A stretch of DNA of 64,000 nt from Eledone cirrhosa. Lineage: Eukaryota. The stretch is taken from the NCBI GenBank assembly GCA_964016885.1, contig OZ024740.1, forward strand, positions 2,666,001 through 2,730,000. The letters run 5' to 3'. The translations under genes and the position numbers were made by a program. Of this stretch, positions 14,301-29,300 are shown one piece after another (the stretch's first letter is position 1; the number at the start of each line of letters is the position of its first letter). Below the pieces are notes generated by a model, which ran no database searches, was not told the origin of the DNA, and worked only from the letters and a program-made list of their open reading frames with translations.

Positions 14301-17300
14301 ATAACCTCGTTATTCACCAAGTTATCTTTCTCTACCTTTACTTCCCCGAAAACATCGTTATTCACCAAGCCATCTTTCTCTACCATGACTTCCACCAAAA
14401 CCTCGTTATTCACCAAGCCATCTTTCTTTAACTCGTCTTTCCCCAACACCTCGTTATTCAGCAAGCTATCTTTATCTACCCTGTCTTTCCCCAAAACATC
14501 GTTATTCACCAAGCTATCCTTCTCTAACTTGTCTTCCCCCAAAACCTCGTTAGTCACCAAGCTATCTTACCCTCCCTTGTACCTCCAAAGCCTCGTTATT
14601 CACCAAGCCATCTTTCTTTAACTTGTCTTTCCCCAACACCTCGTTATTCACCTAGCTATCTTTCTTTAACTTGTCTTACCCCAAATTTCGTTATTCACCA
14701 AGCTATCTTTCTCTACCCTGTCTTCTCCCAAAACCTCATTATACACCACGTTATGTTTCTCTACCTTGTCCTCCCCCAACACCTCGTTAATCACCAAGCT
14801 ATCTTTCTCTACCTTTTCTACCCCCAAAATATCGGTATTCACCAAGCTATCTTTCTGTACCTTGATTTCCCCAAAACCTCGGTATTCACCAAGCTATCTT
14901 TGTCTACCATGACTTCCCCCATAACCTCGTTATTCACCAAGCTATCTTTCTCTACCTTGGATTCCCCCAAAACTTCGTTATTCACCAGGCTATCTTTGTC
15001 TACCTTGTCTTCCCCCAAAAGCTCGTTAATCCCCAAGCTATCTTTCTCTAACCTTTCTACCCCCAAAATCTCGGTATTCACTAAGCTATCTTTCTGTACC
15101 TAGATTTCCCCAAAACATCCGTATTCACCAAACTATCTTTCTCTACCTTGTCTTCCCCAATAACCTCGTTATTCACCAATTAATCTTTCACTACCTTTAC
15201 TTCCCCGAAAACATCTTTATTCACCAAGCCATCTTTCTCTACCATGACTTCCACCAAAACCTCGTTATTCACCAAGTTAACTTTCTCTAACTTGTATTCC
15301 CCATAACCTCTTTATTCACCAAGCTATCTTTCTCTACCTTGAATTCCCCCAAAACCTCGTTATTCACCAAGCCATCTTTCTTTAACTCGTCTTTGCCCAA
15401 CACATCGTTATTCACCAAGCTATCTTTATCTACCCTTTCTTTCCCAAAAACATCGTTATTCACCAAGCTATGCTTCTCTAACTTGTCTTCCCCAATAACC
15501 TCGTTATTCACCAAGTTATCTTTCTCTACCTTTACTTCCCCGAAAACATCTTTATTCACCAAGCTATCTTTCTCTACCTTTTCTACCCCCAAAATATCGG
15601 TATTCACCAAGCTATCTTTCTGTACCTTGATTTCCACAAAACCTCGGTATTCACCAAGCTATCTTTCTCTACCTTGTCTTCCCCAATAACCTCGTTATTC
15701 ACCAAGCTATCTTTCTCTATCTTGACTTCCCCCAAAACATCGTTATTCACCAAGCTATCTTTGTCTACCATGACTTCACCCAAAACCTCGTTATTCACCA
15801 AGTTATCTTTCTCTAACTTGTATTCCCCATAACCTCGTTATTCACCAAGCTATCTTACTCTACGTTGTCCCCCCAAAACCTCGTTTTTCACCAAGACATC
15901 TTTCTTTAACTCGTCATTCCCCAACACCTCGTTATTCACAAAGCTTTCTTTATCTACCCTGTCTTCTCCCTAAACCTCATTATTCACCAAGCTATCTTTC
16001 TCTACCTTGTCTTCCCCCAAAACCTCGTTAATCACCAAGCTATCTTTCTCTATCTTTTCTACCACCAAAATCTCGGTATTCACCAAGCTATCTTTCTGTA
16101 CCTTGATTTCCCCAAAACCTCGTTATTCACCAAGCTATCCTACTCTACCTTGTCTTCCCCCAAAACCTCGTTATTCACCAAGCTATCTTACTCTCCCTCC
16201 TCCTCCCAAAACCTCGTTATTCACCAAACCATCTTTCTTTAACTCGTCATTCCCCAACACCTCGTTATTCACAAAGCTATCTTTATCTACCCTGTCTTCT
16301 CCGAAAATCTCGTTAATCACCAAGCTATCTTTCTCTACCTTTTCTACCCACAAAATCTCGGTATTCACCACGCTATCTTTCTGTTCCTTGTTTTCCCCAA
16401 AACCTCGTTATTCACCAAGCTATCCTTCTCTACCTTGTCTTCCTTCAAAACCTCATTATTCACCAAGCTATCTTACTCTACCTTGTCCCCCCAAAACCTC
16501 GTTATTTACTAAGCCATCTTTCTTTACCTTGTCTTTCCCCAACACCTCGTTATTCACCAAGCTATCTTTCTCTACTTTGTCTTCCGCAAAACCTCGTTAT
16601 TCACCAAGCTATCTCTCTTTACGTTGACTTCCCCCAAAACATCGTTATTCATCAAGCCATCTTTCTCTAGCTTGTCTTCCCCCAAAATCTCGGTATTCAC
16701 CAAGATATCTTTCTGTACCTAGATTTATCCAAAACCTCGTTATTCACCAAGATATCTTTCTCTAACTTGTCTTTCCCTAAAACATCTGTATTCCCCAAGC
16801 AATGCTTTTCTACCTTGTCTTTCCCCAAAACCTCGTTATTCTCCAAGCTATCTTACTCTCCCTTGTCCCTCCAAAACCTCGTAATTCACTAAGTCATCTT
16901 TCTTTAACTAGTTATTTCCCCACAACCTCGTTATTCAGCAAGCTATCTTTATCTACCCTGTCTTCTCCCAAAACCTCATTATTGACCAAGCTATCTTTCT
17001 CTATCTTGTCTTCCCCCGAAACTTTGATATTCACCAACCAATCTTTCTCAAACTCGTCTTCCCCAAAATCTCATTATTCACCAAGCTATCTTTCTCTACC
17101 TTGTCTTTCCGCAAAACGCCGTTATTCACCAAGCTATCTTTCTCTACCTTGTCTTCTCACAAAACCTCATTATTCACCAAGCTATCTTTCTCTACCGTGT
17201 CGTCACCGAAAGCTTCGTTATTCACAACGCAATATTTCTCTACCTTGTCTTCCCCAATAACCTCGTTATTCACCAAGTTATCTTTCTCTACCTTTACTTC

Positions 17301-20300
17301 CCCGAAAACATCGTTATTCACCAAACCATCTTTCTCTACCATGACTTCCACCAAAACCTCGTTATTCACCAAGTTAACTTTCTCTAACTTGTATTCCCCA
17401 TAACCTCGTTATTCACCAAGCTATCTTTCTCTACCTTGAATTCCTCCAAAACCTCGTTATTCACCAAGCCATCTTTCTTTAACTTGTCTTTCCCCAACAC
17501 CTCGTTATTCACCTAGCTATCTTTCTTTAACTTGTCTTACCCCAAATTTCGTTATTCACCAAGCTATCTTTCTGTAGCTTGTCTTCCCCCAAAAGCTCGG
17601 TATTCACCAAGCTATTTTTCTCTACCATGACTTCCGCCAAAACCTCGTTATTCACCAAGTTATCTTTCTCTACCTTGTCTTCCACCAAAAAATTCGTTAT
17701 TCACCAAGCTATCTTACTCTCCCTTGTCCCCCAAAACCTCGTTATTCAGTAAGCCATCTTTCTTTAACTCGTCTTTCCCCAACACCTCGTTATTCACCAA
17801 GCTATCTTTATCTACCCTGTCTTCTCCCAAAACCTCATTATACACCAACTATCTTTCTCTACCTTGTCTTCCCCCAAAACCTCGTTAATAACCAAGCTAT
17901 CTTTCTCTACCTTTTCTACCCTCAAAATATCGGTATTCACCAAGCTATCTTTCTGTACCTTGATTTCCCCAAAACCTCGGTATTCACCAAGCTATCTTTC
18001 TCTACCTTGTCTTCCCCAATAACCTCGTTATTCACCAAGCTATCTTTCTCTATCTTGACTTCCCCCCAAAACATCGTTATTCACCAAGCTATCTTTGTCT
18101 ACCATGACTTCACCCAAAACCTCGTTATTAACCACGTTATCTTTCTCTACCTTGTATTCCCCATAACCTCGTTATTCACCAAGCTATCTTACTCTACGTT
18201 GTCCCCCCAAAACCTCGTTTTTCACCAAGCCATCTTTCTTTAACTCGTCATTCCCCAACACCTCGTTATTCACAAAGCTATCTTTATCTACCCTGTCTTC
18301 TCCCAAAACCTCATTATTCACCAAGCTATCTTTCTGTACCTTGTCTTCCCCCAAAACCTCGTTATTCACCAAGCTATCCTTCTCTACCTTGTCTTCCCCC
18401 AAAACCTCGTTATTCACCAAGCTATCTTACTCTCCCTCCCCCTCCCAAAACCTCGTTATTCACCAAGCCATCTTTCGTTAACTTTTCTTTCCCTAACACC
18501 TCGTTATTCACCAAGCTATCTTTATCTACCCTGTCTTCTCCCCAAATCTCGTTAATCACCAAGCTATCTTTCTCTAACTTTTCTACCCACAAAATCTCGG
18601 TATTCACGAAGCTATCTTTCTGTACCTTCATTTCCCAAAAACCTCGTTATTCACCAAGCTATCCTTCTCTACCTTACTTCCTCCAAAACCTTATTATTCA
18701 CCAAGCTATATTTATCTACCTTATCGTCCCCCAAATTTCGTTATTCACCAAGGTATCTTTCTATAGCTTGTCTTCCCCCAAAATCTCAGTATTCACCAAG
18801 CTATCTTTCTCTACCTTGTCTACCCCCAAATCCTCGTTAATCACAAATCTATCTTTCTCTACCTTTTCTACCACCAACATCTCGGTATTCACCAAGTTAT
18901 CTTTCTGTACCTTGATTTCCCCAAGACCTCGTTATTCACCAAGCCATCTTTCTTTAACTCGTCATTCCCCAACACCTCGTTATTCACAAAGCTATCTTTA
19001 TCTACCCTGTCTTCTCCGAAAATCTCGTTAATCACCAAGCTATCTTTCTCTAACTTTTCTACCCACAAAATCTCGGTATTCACCACGCTATCTTTCTGTT
19101 CCTTGATTTCCCAAAAACCTCGTTATTCACCAAGCTATCCTTCTCTACCTTGTCTTCATCCAAAACCTCATTATTCACCAAGCTATCTTACTCTACCTTG
19201 TCCCCCCAAAACCTCGTTATTTACCAAGCCATCTTTCTTTACCTTGTCTTTCCCCAACACCTCGTTATTCACCAAGCTATCTTTCTCTACCTTGTCTTCC
19301 GCAAAACCTCGTAATTCACCAAGCTATCTCTCTCTACGTTGACTTCCCCCAAAACATCGTAATTCATCAAGCCATCTTTCTCTAGCTTGTCTTCCCCCAA
19401 AATCTGGGTATTCACCAAGATATCTTTCTGTACCTAGATTTATCCAAAACCTCCTTATTCACCAATATATCTTTCTCTAACTTGTCTTTCCCTAAAACAT
19501 CTGTATTCCCCAAGCAATGCCTTTCTACCTTGTCTTTCCCCAAAACCTCGTTATTCTCCAAGCTATCTTACTCTCCCTTGTCCCCCCAAAACCTCGTAAT
19601 TCACCAAGTCATCTTTCTTTAACTAGTTATTTCCCCACAACCTCGTTATTCACCAAGCTATCTTTATCTACCCTGTCTTCTCCCAAAACCTCATTATTGA
19701 CCAAGCTATCTTTCTCTACCGTGTCGTCCCCGAAACTTTGATATTCACGAACCAATCTTTCTCAAACTTGTCTTCCCCAAAATCTCGTTATTCACCAAGC
19801 TATCTTTCTCTACCTTGTCTTCTCCCAAAACCTCATTATTCACCAAGCTATCTTTCTCTACCGTGTCGTCCCCGAAAGCTTTGTTATTCACAACGCAATA
19901 TTTCTCTACCTTGTCTTCCCCAATAACCTCGTTATTCACCAAGTTATCTTTCTCTACCTTTACTTCCCCGAAAACATCGTTATTCACCGAGCCATCTTTC
20001 TCTACCATGACTTCCACCAAAACCTCGTTATTCACCAAGTTAACTTTCTCTAACTTGTATTCCCCATAACCTCGTTATTCACCAAGCTATCTTTCTCTAC
20101 CTTGAATTCCCCCAAAACCTCGTTATTCACCAAGCCATCTTTCTTTAACTCGTCTTTCCCCAACACCTCGTTATTCACCAAGCTATCTTTATCTACCCTG
20201 TCTTTCCCAAAAACATCGTTATTCACCAAGCTATGCTTCTCTAACTTGTCTTCCCCCAAAACCTCGTTAGTCACCAAGCTATCTTACCCTTCCTTGTACC

Positions 20301-23300
20301 CCCAAAACCTCGTTATTCACCAAGCCATCTTTCTTTAACTTATCTTTCCCCAACACCTCGTTATTCACCTAGCTATCTTTCTTTAACTTGTCTTACCCCA
20401 AATTTCGTTATTCACCAAGCTATCTTTCTCTAGCTTGTCTTCCCCCAAAAGCTCGGTATTCACCAAGCTATTTTTCTCTACCATGACTTCCGCCAAAACC
20501 TCGTTATTCACCAAGTGATCTTTCTCTAACTTGTATTCCCCCAAAACCTCGTTATTCACCAAGTTATCTTTCTCTACCTTGTCTTCCCCCAAAAGATCCT
20601 TGTTCACCAAGCTATTTTTCCCTACCTTGTCTTCCACCAAAAAATTCGTTATTCACCAAGCTATCTTACTCTCCCTTGTCCCCCAAAACGTCGTTATTCA
20701 GTAAGCCATCTTTCTTTAACTCGTCTTTCCCCAACACCTCGTTATTCACCAAGCTATCTTTATCTACCCTGTCTTCTCCCAAAACCTCATTATACACCAA
20801 CTATCTTTCTCTACCTTGTCTTCCCCCAAAACCTCGTTATTGACCAAGCTATCGTTCTCTATCTTGTCTTCCCCCGAAACTTTGATATTCACGAACCAAT
20901 CTTTCTCAACCTTGTCTCCCCCAAAACCTCGTTAATAACCAAGCTATCTTTCTCTACCTTTTCTACCCCCAAAATATCGGTATTCACCAAGCTATCTTTC
21001 TCTACCTTGTCTTCTCCCAAAACCTCATTATTGACCAAGCTATCTTTCTCTATCATGTCTTCCCCCGAAACTTTGATATTCACGAACCAATCTTTCTCAA
21101 CCTTGTCTCCCCCGAAATCTCGTTATTCACCAAGCTATCTTTCTCTACCTTGTATTTCCGCAAAACGCCGTTATTCACCAAGCTATCTTTCTCTACCATG
21201 ACTTCCACCAAAACCTCGTTATTCACCAAGCCATCTTTCTTTAACTCGTCTTTCCCCAACACCTCGTTATTCACCAAGCTATCTTTATCGACCCTGTCTT
21301 CTCCCAAAACCTCATTATACACCAAGTTATGTTTCCCTACCTTGTCTTCCCCCAAAACATCGTTAATCCCCAAGCTATCTTTCTCTACCTTTTCTACCCC
21401 CAAAATATCGGTATTCACCAAGCTATCTTTCTGTACCTTGATTTCCCCAAAACCTCCGTATTCACCAAGCTATCTTTCTCTACCTTGTCTTCCCCAATAA
21501 CCTCGTTATTCACCAAGCTATCTTTCTCTACCTTTACTTCCCCGAAAACATCGTTATTCACCAAGCCATCTTTTTCTACCATGACTTCCACCAAAACCTC
21601 GTTATTCACCAAGTTAACTTTCTGTAACTTGTATTCCCCATAACCTCGTTATTCACCAAGCTATCTTTCTCTACCTTGAATTCCCCCAAAACCTCGTTAT
21701 TTACCAAGCCATCTTTCATTAACTCGTCTTTCCCCGACACCTCGTTATTCACCAAGCTATCTTTATCTATCCTGTCTTCTCCCAAAACCACATTATACAC
21801 CAAGCTATCTTTCTCTACCTTGTCTTCCCCCAAAACCTAATTATTCACCAAGCTATCCTTCTCTACCTTACTTCCTCCAAAACCTTATTATTCACCAAGC
21901 TATATTTCTTTACCTTATCGTCCCCCAAATTTCGTTATTCACCAAGGTATCTTTCTCTAGATTGTCTTCCCCCAAAATCTCGGTATTCACCAAGCTATCT
22001 TTCTCTACCTTGTCTTCCCCCAAATCCTCGTTAATCACCAATCTATCTTCCTCTACCTTTTCTACCACCAATATCTCGGTATTCACCAAGCTATCCTTCT
22101 CTACCTTGCTTCCCCCAAAACCTCATTATTCACCAAGCTATCTTTCTCTTCCTTATCGTCCCCCAAACCTCGTTATTCACCAAGCTATCTTTCTCTACCT
22201 TGCCTTCCCCCAAACCTTGTTATTCACCAGGCATTCTTTCTCTACCTTTTATTCCCCCAAAATCTCGTTATTCACCAAGCTATCTTTCTTTAACTTCTCT
22301 AAACCCCAAATTTCGTTATTCACGAAGCTATATTTCTCTAGCTTGTCTTCCCCCAAAATCTCGGTATTCACCAAGCTATCTTTCTCTACCATGACTTCCG
22401 CCAAAACCTTGTTATTCACCAAGTTATCTTTCTCTAACTTGTATTCCCCATAACCTCGTTATTCACCAAGTTATCTTTTATAACCTTGTCTTCCCTCAAA
22501 ACATCGTTGTTCACCAAGCTATTTTTCACTACCTTGTCTTCCCACATAACCTCGTTATTCAACAAGCTATCTTTCCCTACCTTGAATTCCCCCAAAACAT
22601 CGTTATTCACCAAGCTATCTTACTCTCCCTTGTCCCCACAAAACCTCGTTATTCAGTAAGCCATCTTTCTTTAACTCATCTTTCCCCGACACCTCAATAT
22701 TGACCAAGCTATCTTTTTCTACCCTGTCTTCTCCCAAAACCTAATTATTCACCAAACTATCTTTGTCTACCTTGTCTTCCCCCAAAAGCTCGTTAATCCC
22801 CAAGCTATCTTTCTCTACCTTTCCTACCGCCAAAATCTCGGTTTTCACCAAGCTATCTTTCTGTACCTTGATTTCCCCAAAACCTCGGTATTCACCAAGC
22901 TATCGTTCTCTACCTTTTCTTCCCCAATAACCTCGTTATTCACCAAGTTATCTTTCTCTACCTTTACTTCCCCGAAAACATCGTTATTCACCAAGCCATC
23001 TTTCTCTACCATGACTTCCACCAAAACCTCGTTATTCACCAAGCCATCTTTCTTTAACTCGTCTTTCCCCAACACCTCGTTATTCAGCAAGCTATCTTTA
23101 TCTACCCTGTCTTTCCCCAAAACATCGTTATTCACCAAGCTATCCTTCTCTAACTTGTCTTCCCCCAAAACCTCGTTAGTCACCAAGCTATCTTACCCTC
23201 CCTTGTACCTCCAAAGCCTCGTTATTCACCAAGCCATCTTTCTTTAACTTGTCTTTCCCCAACACCTCGTTATTCACCTAGCTATCTTTCTTTAACTTGT

Positions 23301-26300
23301 CTTACCCCAAATTTCGTTATTCACCAAGCTATCTTTCTCTACCCTGTCTTCTCCCAAAACCTCATTATACACCACGTTATGTTTCTCTACCTTGTCCTCC
23401 CCCAACACCTCGTTAATCACCAAGCTATCTTTCTCTACCTTTTCTACCCCCAAAATATCGGTATTCACCAAGCTATCTTTCTGTACCTTGATTTCCCCAA
23501 AACCTCGGTATTCACCAAGCTATCTTTGTCTACCATGACTTCCCCCATAACCTCGTTATTCACCAAGCTATCTTTCTCTACCTTGGATTACCCCAAAACT
23601 TCGTTATTCACCAGGCTATCTTTGTCTACCTTGTCTTCCCCCAAAAGCTCGTTAATCCCCAAGCTATCTTTCTCTAACCTTTCTACCCCCAAAATCTCGG
23701 TATTCACTAAGCTATCTTTCTGTACCTAGATTTCCCCAAAACATCCGTATTCACCAAACTATCTTTCTCTACCTTGTCTTCCCCAATAACCTCGTTATTC
23801 ACCAATTAATCTTTCACTACCTTTACTTCCCCGAAAACATCTTTATTCACCAAGCCATCTTTCTCTACCATGACTTCCACCAAAACCTCGTTATTCACCA
23901 AGTTAACTTTCTCTAACTTGTATTCCCCATAACCTCTTTATTCACCAAGCTATCTTTCTCTACCTTGAATTCCCCCAAAACCTCGTTATTCACCAAGCCA
24001 TCTTTCTTTAACTCGTCTTTGCCCAACACATCGTTATTCACCAAGCTATCTTTATCTACCCTTTCTTTCCCAAAAACATCGTTATTCACCAAGCTATGCT
24101 TCTCTAACTTGTCTTCCCCAATAACCTCGTTATTCACCAAGTTATCTTTCTCTACCTTTACTTCCCCGAAAACATCTTTATTCACCAAGCTATCTTTCTC
24201 TACCTTTTCTACCCCCAAAATATCGGTATTCACCAAGCTATCTTTCTGTACCTTGATTTCCACAAAACCTCGGTATTCACCAAGCTATCTTTCTCTACCT
24301 TGTCTTCCCCAATAACCTCGTTATTCACCAAGCTATCTTTCTCTATCTTGACTTCCCCCAAAACATCGTTATTCACCAAGCTATCTTTGTCTACCATGAC
24401 TTCACCCAAAACCTCGTTATTCACCAAGTTATCTTTCTCTAACTTGTATTCCCCATAACCTCGTTATTCACCAAGCTATCTTACTCTACGTTGTCCCCCC
24501 AAAACCTCGTTTTTCACCAAGACATCTTTCTTTAACTCGTCATTCCCCAACACCTCGTTATTCACAAAGCTTTCTTTATCTACCCTGTCTTCTCCCTAAA
24601 CCTCATTATTCACCAAGCTATCTTTCTCTACCTTGTCTTCCCCCAAAACCTCGTTAATCACCAAGCTATCTTTCTCTATCTTTTCTACCACCAAAATCTC
24701 GGTATTCACCAAGCTATCTTTCTGTACCTTGATTTCCCCAAAACCTCGTTATTCACCAAGCTATCCTACTCTACCTTGTCTTCCCCCAAAACCTCGTTAT
24801 TCACCAAGCTATCTTACTCTCCCTCCTCCTCCCAAAACCTCGTTATTCACCAAACCATCTTTCTTTAACTCGTCATTCCCCAACACCTCGTTATTCACAA
24901 AGCTATCTTTATCTACCCTGTCTTCTCCGAAAATCTCGTTAATCACCAAGCTATCTTTCTCTACCTTTTCTACCCACAAAATCTCGGTATTCACCACGCT
25001 ATCTTTCTGTTCCTTGTTTTCCCCAAAACCTCGTTATTCACCAAGCTATCCTTCTCTACCTTGTCTTCCTTCAAAACCTCATTATTCACCAAGCTATCTT
25101 ACTCTACCTTGTCCCCCCAAAACCTCGTTATTTACTAAGCCATCTTTCTTTACCTTGTCTTTCCCCAACACCTCGTTATTCACCAAGCTATCTTTCTCTA
25201 CTTTGTCTTCCGCAAAACCTCGTTATTCACCAAGCTATCTCTCTTTACGTTGACTTCCCCCAAAACATCGTTATTCATCAAGCCATCTTTCTCTAGCTTG
25301 TCTTCCCCCAAAATCTCGGTATTCACCAAGATATCTTTCTGTACCTAGATTTATCCAAAACCTCGTTATTCACCAAGATATCTTTCTCTAACTTGTCTTT
25401 CCCTAAAACATCTGTATTCCCCAAGCAATGCTTTTCTACCTTGTCTTTCCCCAAAACCTCGTTATTCTCCAAGCTATCTTACTCTCCCTTGTCCCTCCAA
25501 AACCTCGTAATTCACTAAGTCATCTTTCTTTAACTAGTTATTTCCCCACAACCTCGTTATTCAGCAAGCTATCTTTATCTACCCTGTCTTCTCCCAAAAC
25601 CTCATTATTGACCAAGCTATCTTTCTCTATCTTGTCTTCCCCCGAAACTTTGATATTCACCAACCAATCTTTCTCAAACTTGTCTTCCCCAAAATCTCAT
25701 TATTCACCAAGCTATCTTTCTCTACCTTGTCTTTCCGCAAAACGCCGTTATTCACCAAGCTATCTTTCTCTACCTTGTCTTCTCACAAAACCTCATTATT
25801 CACCAAGCTATCTTTCTCTACCGTGTCGTCACCGAAAGCTTCGTTATTCACAACGCAATATTTCTCTACCTTGTCTTCCCCAATAACCTCGTTATTCACC
25901 AATTTATCTTTCTCTACCTTTACTTCCCCGAAAACATCGTTATTCACCAAACCATCTTTCTCTACCATGACTTCCACCAAAACCTCGTTATTCACCAAGT
26001 TAACTTTCTCTAACTTGTATTCCCCATAACCTCGTTATTCACCAAGCTATCTTTCTCTACCTTGAATTCCTCCAAAACCTCGTTATTCACCAAGCCATCT
26101 TTCTTTAACTTGTCTTTCCCCAACACCTCGTTATTCACCTAGCTATCTTTCTTTAACTTGTCTTACCCCAAATTTCGTTATTCACCAAGCTATCTTTCTG
26201 TAGCTTGTCTTCCCCCAAAAGCTCGGTATTCACCAAGCTATTTTTCTCTACCATGACTTCCGCCAAAACCTCGTTATTCACCAAGTTATCTTTCTCTACC

Positions 26301-29300
26301 TTGTCTTCCACCAAAAAATTCGTTATTCACCAAGCTATCTTACTCTCCCTTGTCCCCCAAAACCTCGTTATTCAGTAAGCCATCTTTCTTTAACTCGTCT
26401 TTCCCCAACACCTCGTTATTCACCAAGCTATCTTTATCTACCCTGTCTTCTCCCAAAACCTCATTATACACCAACTATCTTTCTCTACCTTGTCTTCCCC
26501 CAAAACCTCGTTAATAACCAAGCTATCTTTCTCTACCTTTTCTACCCTCAAAATATCGGTATTCACCAAGCTATCTTTCTGTACCTTGATTTCCCCAAAA
26601 CCTCGGTATTCACCAAGCTATCTTTCTCTACCTTGTCTTCCCCAATAACCTCGTTATTCACCAAGCTATCTTTCTCTATCTTGACTTCCCCCAAAACATC
26701 GTTATTCACCAAGCTATCTTTGTCTACCATGACTTCACCCAAAACCTCGTTATTCACCACGTTATCTTTCTCTACCTTGTATTCCCCATAACCTCGTTAT
26801 TCACCAAGCTATCTTACTCTACGTTGTCCCCCCAAAACCTCGTTTTTCACCAAGCCATCTTTCTTTAACTCGTCATTCCCCAACACCTCGTTATTCACAA
26901 AGCTATCTTTATCTACCCTGTCTTCTCCCAAAACCTCATTATTCACCAAGCTATCTTTCTGTACCTTGTCTTCCCCCAAAACCTCGTTATTCACCAAGCT
27001 ATCCTTCTCTACCTTGTCTTCCCCCAAAACCTCGTTATTCACCAAGCTATCTTACTCTCCCTCCCCCTCCCAAAACCTCGTTATTCACCAAGCCATCTTT
27101 CGTTAACTTTTCTTTCCCTAACACCTCGTTATTCACCAAGCTATCTTTATCTACCCTGTCTTCTCCCCAAATCTCGTTAATCACCAAGCTATCTTTCTCT
27201 AACTTTTCTACCCACAAAATCTCGGTATTCACGAAGCTATCTTTCTGTACCTTCATTTCCCAAAAACCTCGTTATTCACCAAGCTATCCTTCTCTACCTT
27301 ACTTCCTCCAAAACCTTATTATTCACCAAGCTATATTTATCTACCTTATCGTCCCCCAAATTTCGTTATTCACCAAGGTATCTTTCTATAGCTTGTCTTC
27401 CCCCAAAATCTCAGTATTCACCAAGCTATCTTTCTCTACCTTGTCTACCCCCAAATCCTCGTTAATCACAAATCTATCTTTCTCTACCTTTTCTACCACC
27501 AACATCTCGGTATTCACCAAGTTATCTTTCTGTACCTTGATTTCCCCAAGACCTCGTTATTCACCAAGCCATCTTTCTTTAACTCGTCATTCCCCAACAC
27601 CTCGTTATTCACAAAGCTATCTTTATCTACCCTGTCTTCTCCGAAAATCTCGTTAATCACCAAGCTATCTTTCTCTAACTTTTCTACCCACAAAATCTCG
27701 GTATTCACCACGCTATCTTTCTGTTCCTTGATTTCCCAAAAACCTCGTTATTCACCAAGCTATCCTTCTCTACCTTGTCTTCATCCAAAACCTCATTATT
27801 CACCAAGCTATCTTACTCTACCTTGTCCCCCCAAAACCTCGTTATTTACCAAGCCATCTTTCTTTACCTTGTCTTTCCCCAACACCTCGTTATTCACCAA
27901 GCTATCTTTCTCTACCTTGTCTTCCGCAAAACCTCGTAATTCACCAAGCTATCTCTCTCTACGTTGACTTCCCCCAAAACATCGTAATTCATCAAGCCAT
28001 CTTTCTCTAGCTTGTCTTCCCCCAAAATCTGGGTATTCACCAAGATATCTTTCTGTACCTAGATTTATCCAAAACCTCCTTATTCACCAATATATCTTTC
28101 TCTAACTTGTCTTTCCCTAAAACATCTGTATTCCCCAAGCAATGCCTTTCTACCTTGTCTTTCCCCAAAACCTCGTTATTCTCCAAGCTATCTTACTCTC
28201 CCTTGTCCCCCCAAAACCTCGTAATTCACCAAGTCATCTTTCTTTAACTAGTTATTTCCCCACAACCTCGTTATTCACCAAGCTATCTTTATCTACCCTG
28301 TCTTCTCCCAAAACCTCATTATTGACCAAGCTATCTTTCTCTACCGTGTCGTCCCCGAAACTTTGATATTCACGAACCAATCTTTCTCAAACTTGTCTTC
28401 CCCAAAATCTCGTTATTCACCAAGCTATCTTTCTCTACCTTGTCTTCTCCCAAAACCTCATTATTCACCAAGCTATCTTTCTCTACCGTGTCGTCCCCGA
28501 AAGCTTTGTTATTCACAACGCAATATTTCTCTACCTTGTCTTCCCCAATAACCTCGTTATTCACCAAGTTATCTTTCTCTACCTTTACTTCCCCGAAAAC
28601 ATCGTTATTCACCGAGCCATCTTTCTCTACCATGACTTCCACCAAAACCTCGTTATTCACCAAGTTAACTTTCTCTAACTTGTATTCCCCATAACCTCGT
28701 TATTCACCAAGCTATCTTTCTCTACCTTGAATTCCCCCAAAACCTCGTTATTCACCAAGCCATCTTTCTTTAACTCGTCTTTCCCCAACACCTCGTTATT
28801 CACCAAGCTATCTTTATCTACCCTGTCTTTCCCAAAAACATCGTTATTCACCAAGCTATGCTTCTCTAACTTGTCTTCCCCCAAAACCTCGTTAGTCACC
28901 AAGCTATCTTACCCTTCCTTGTACCCCCAAAACCTCGTTATTCACCAAGCCATCTTTCTTTAACTTATCTTTCCCCAACACCTCGTTATTCACCTAGCTA
29001 TCTTTCTTTAACTTGTCTTACCCCAAATTTCGTTATTCACCAAGCTATCTTTCTCTAGCTTGTCTTCCCCCAAAAGCTCGGTATTCACCAAGCTATTTTT
29101 CTCTACCATGACTTCCGCCAAAACCTCGTTATTCACCAAGTGATCTTTCTCTAACTTGTATTCCCCCAAAACCTCGTTATTCACCAAGTTATCTTTCTCT
29201 ACCTTGTCTTCCCCCAAAAGATCCTTGTTCACCAAGCTATTTTTCCCTACCTTGTCTTCCACCAAAAAATTCGTTATTCACCAAGCTATCTTACTCTCCC

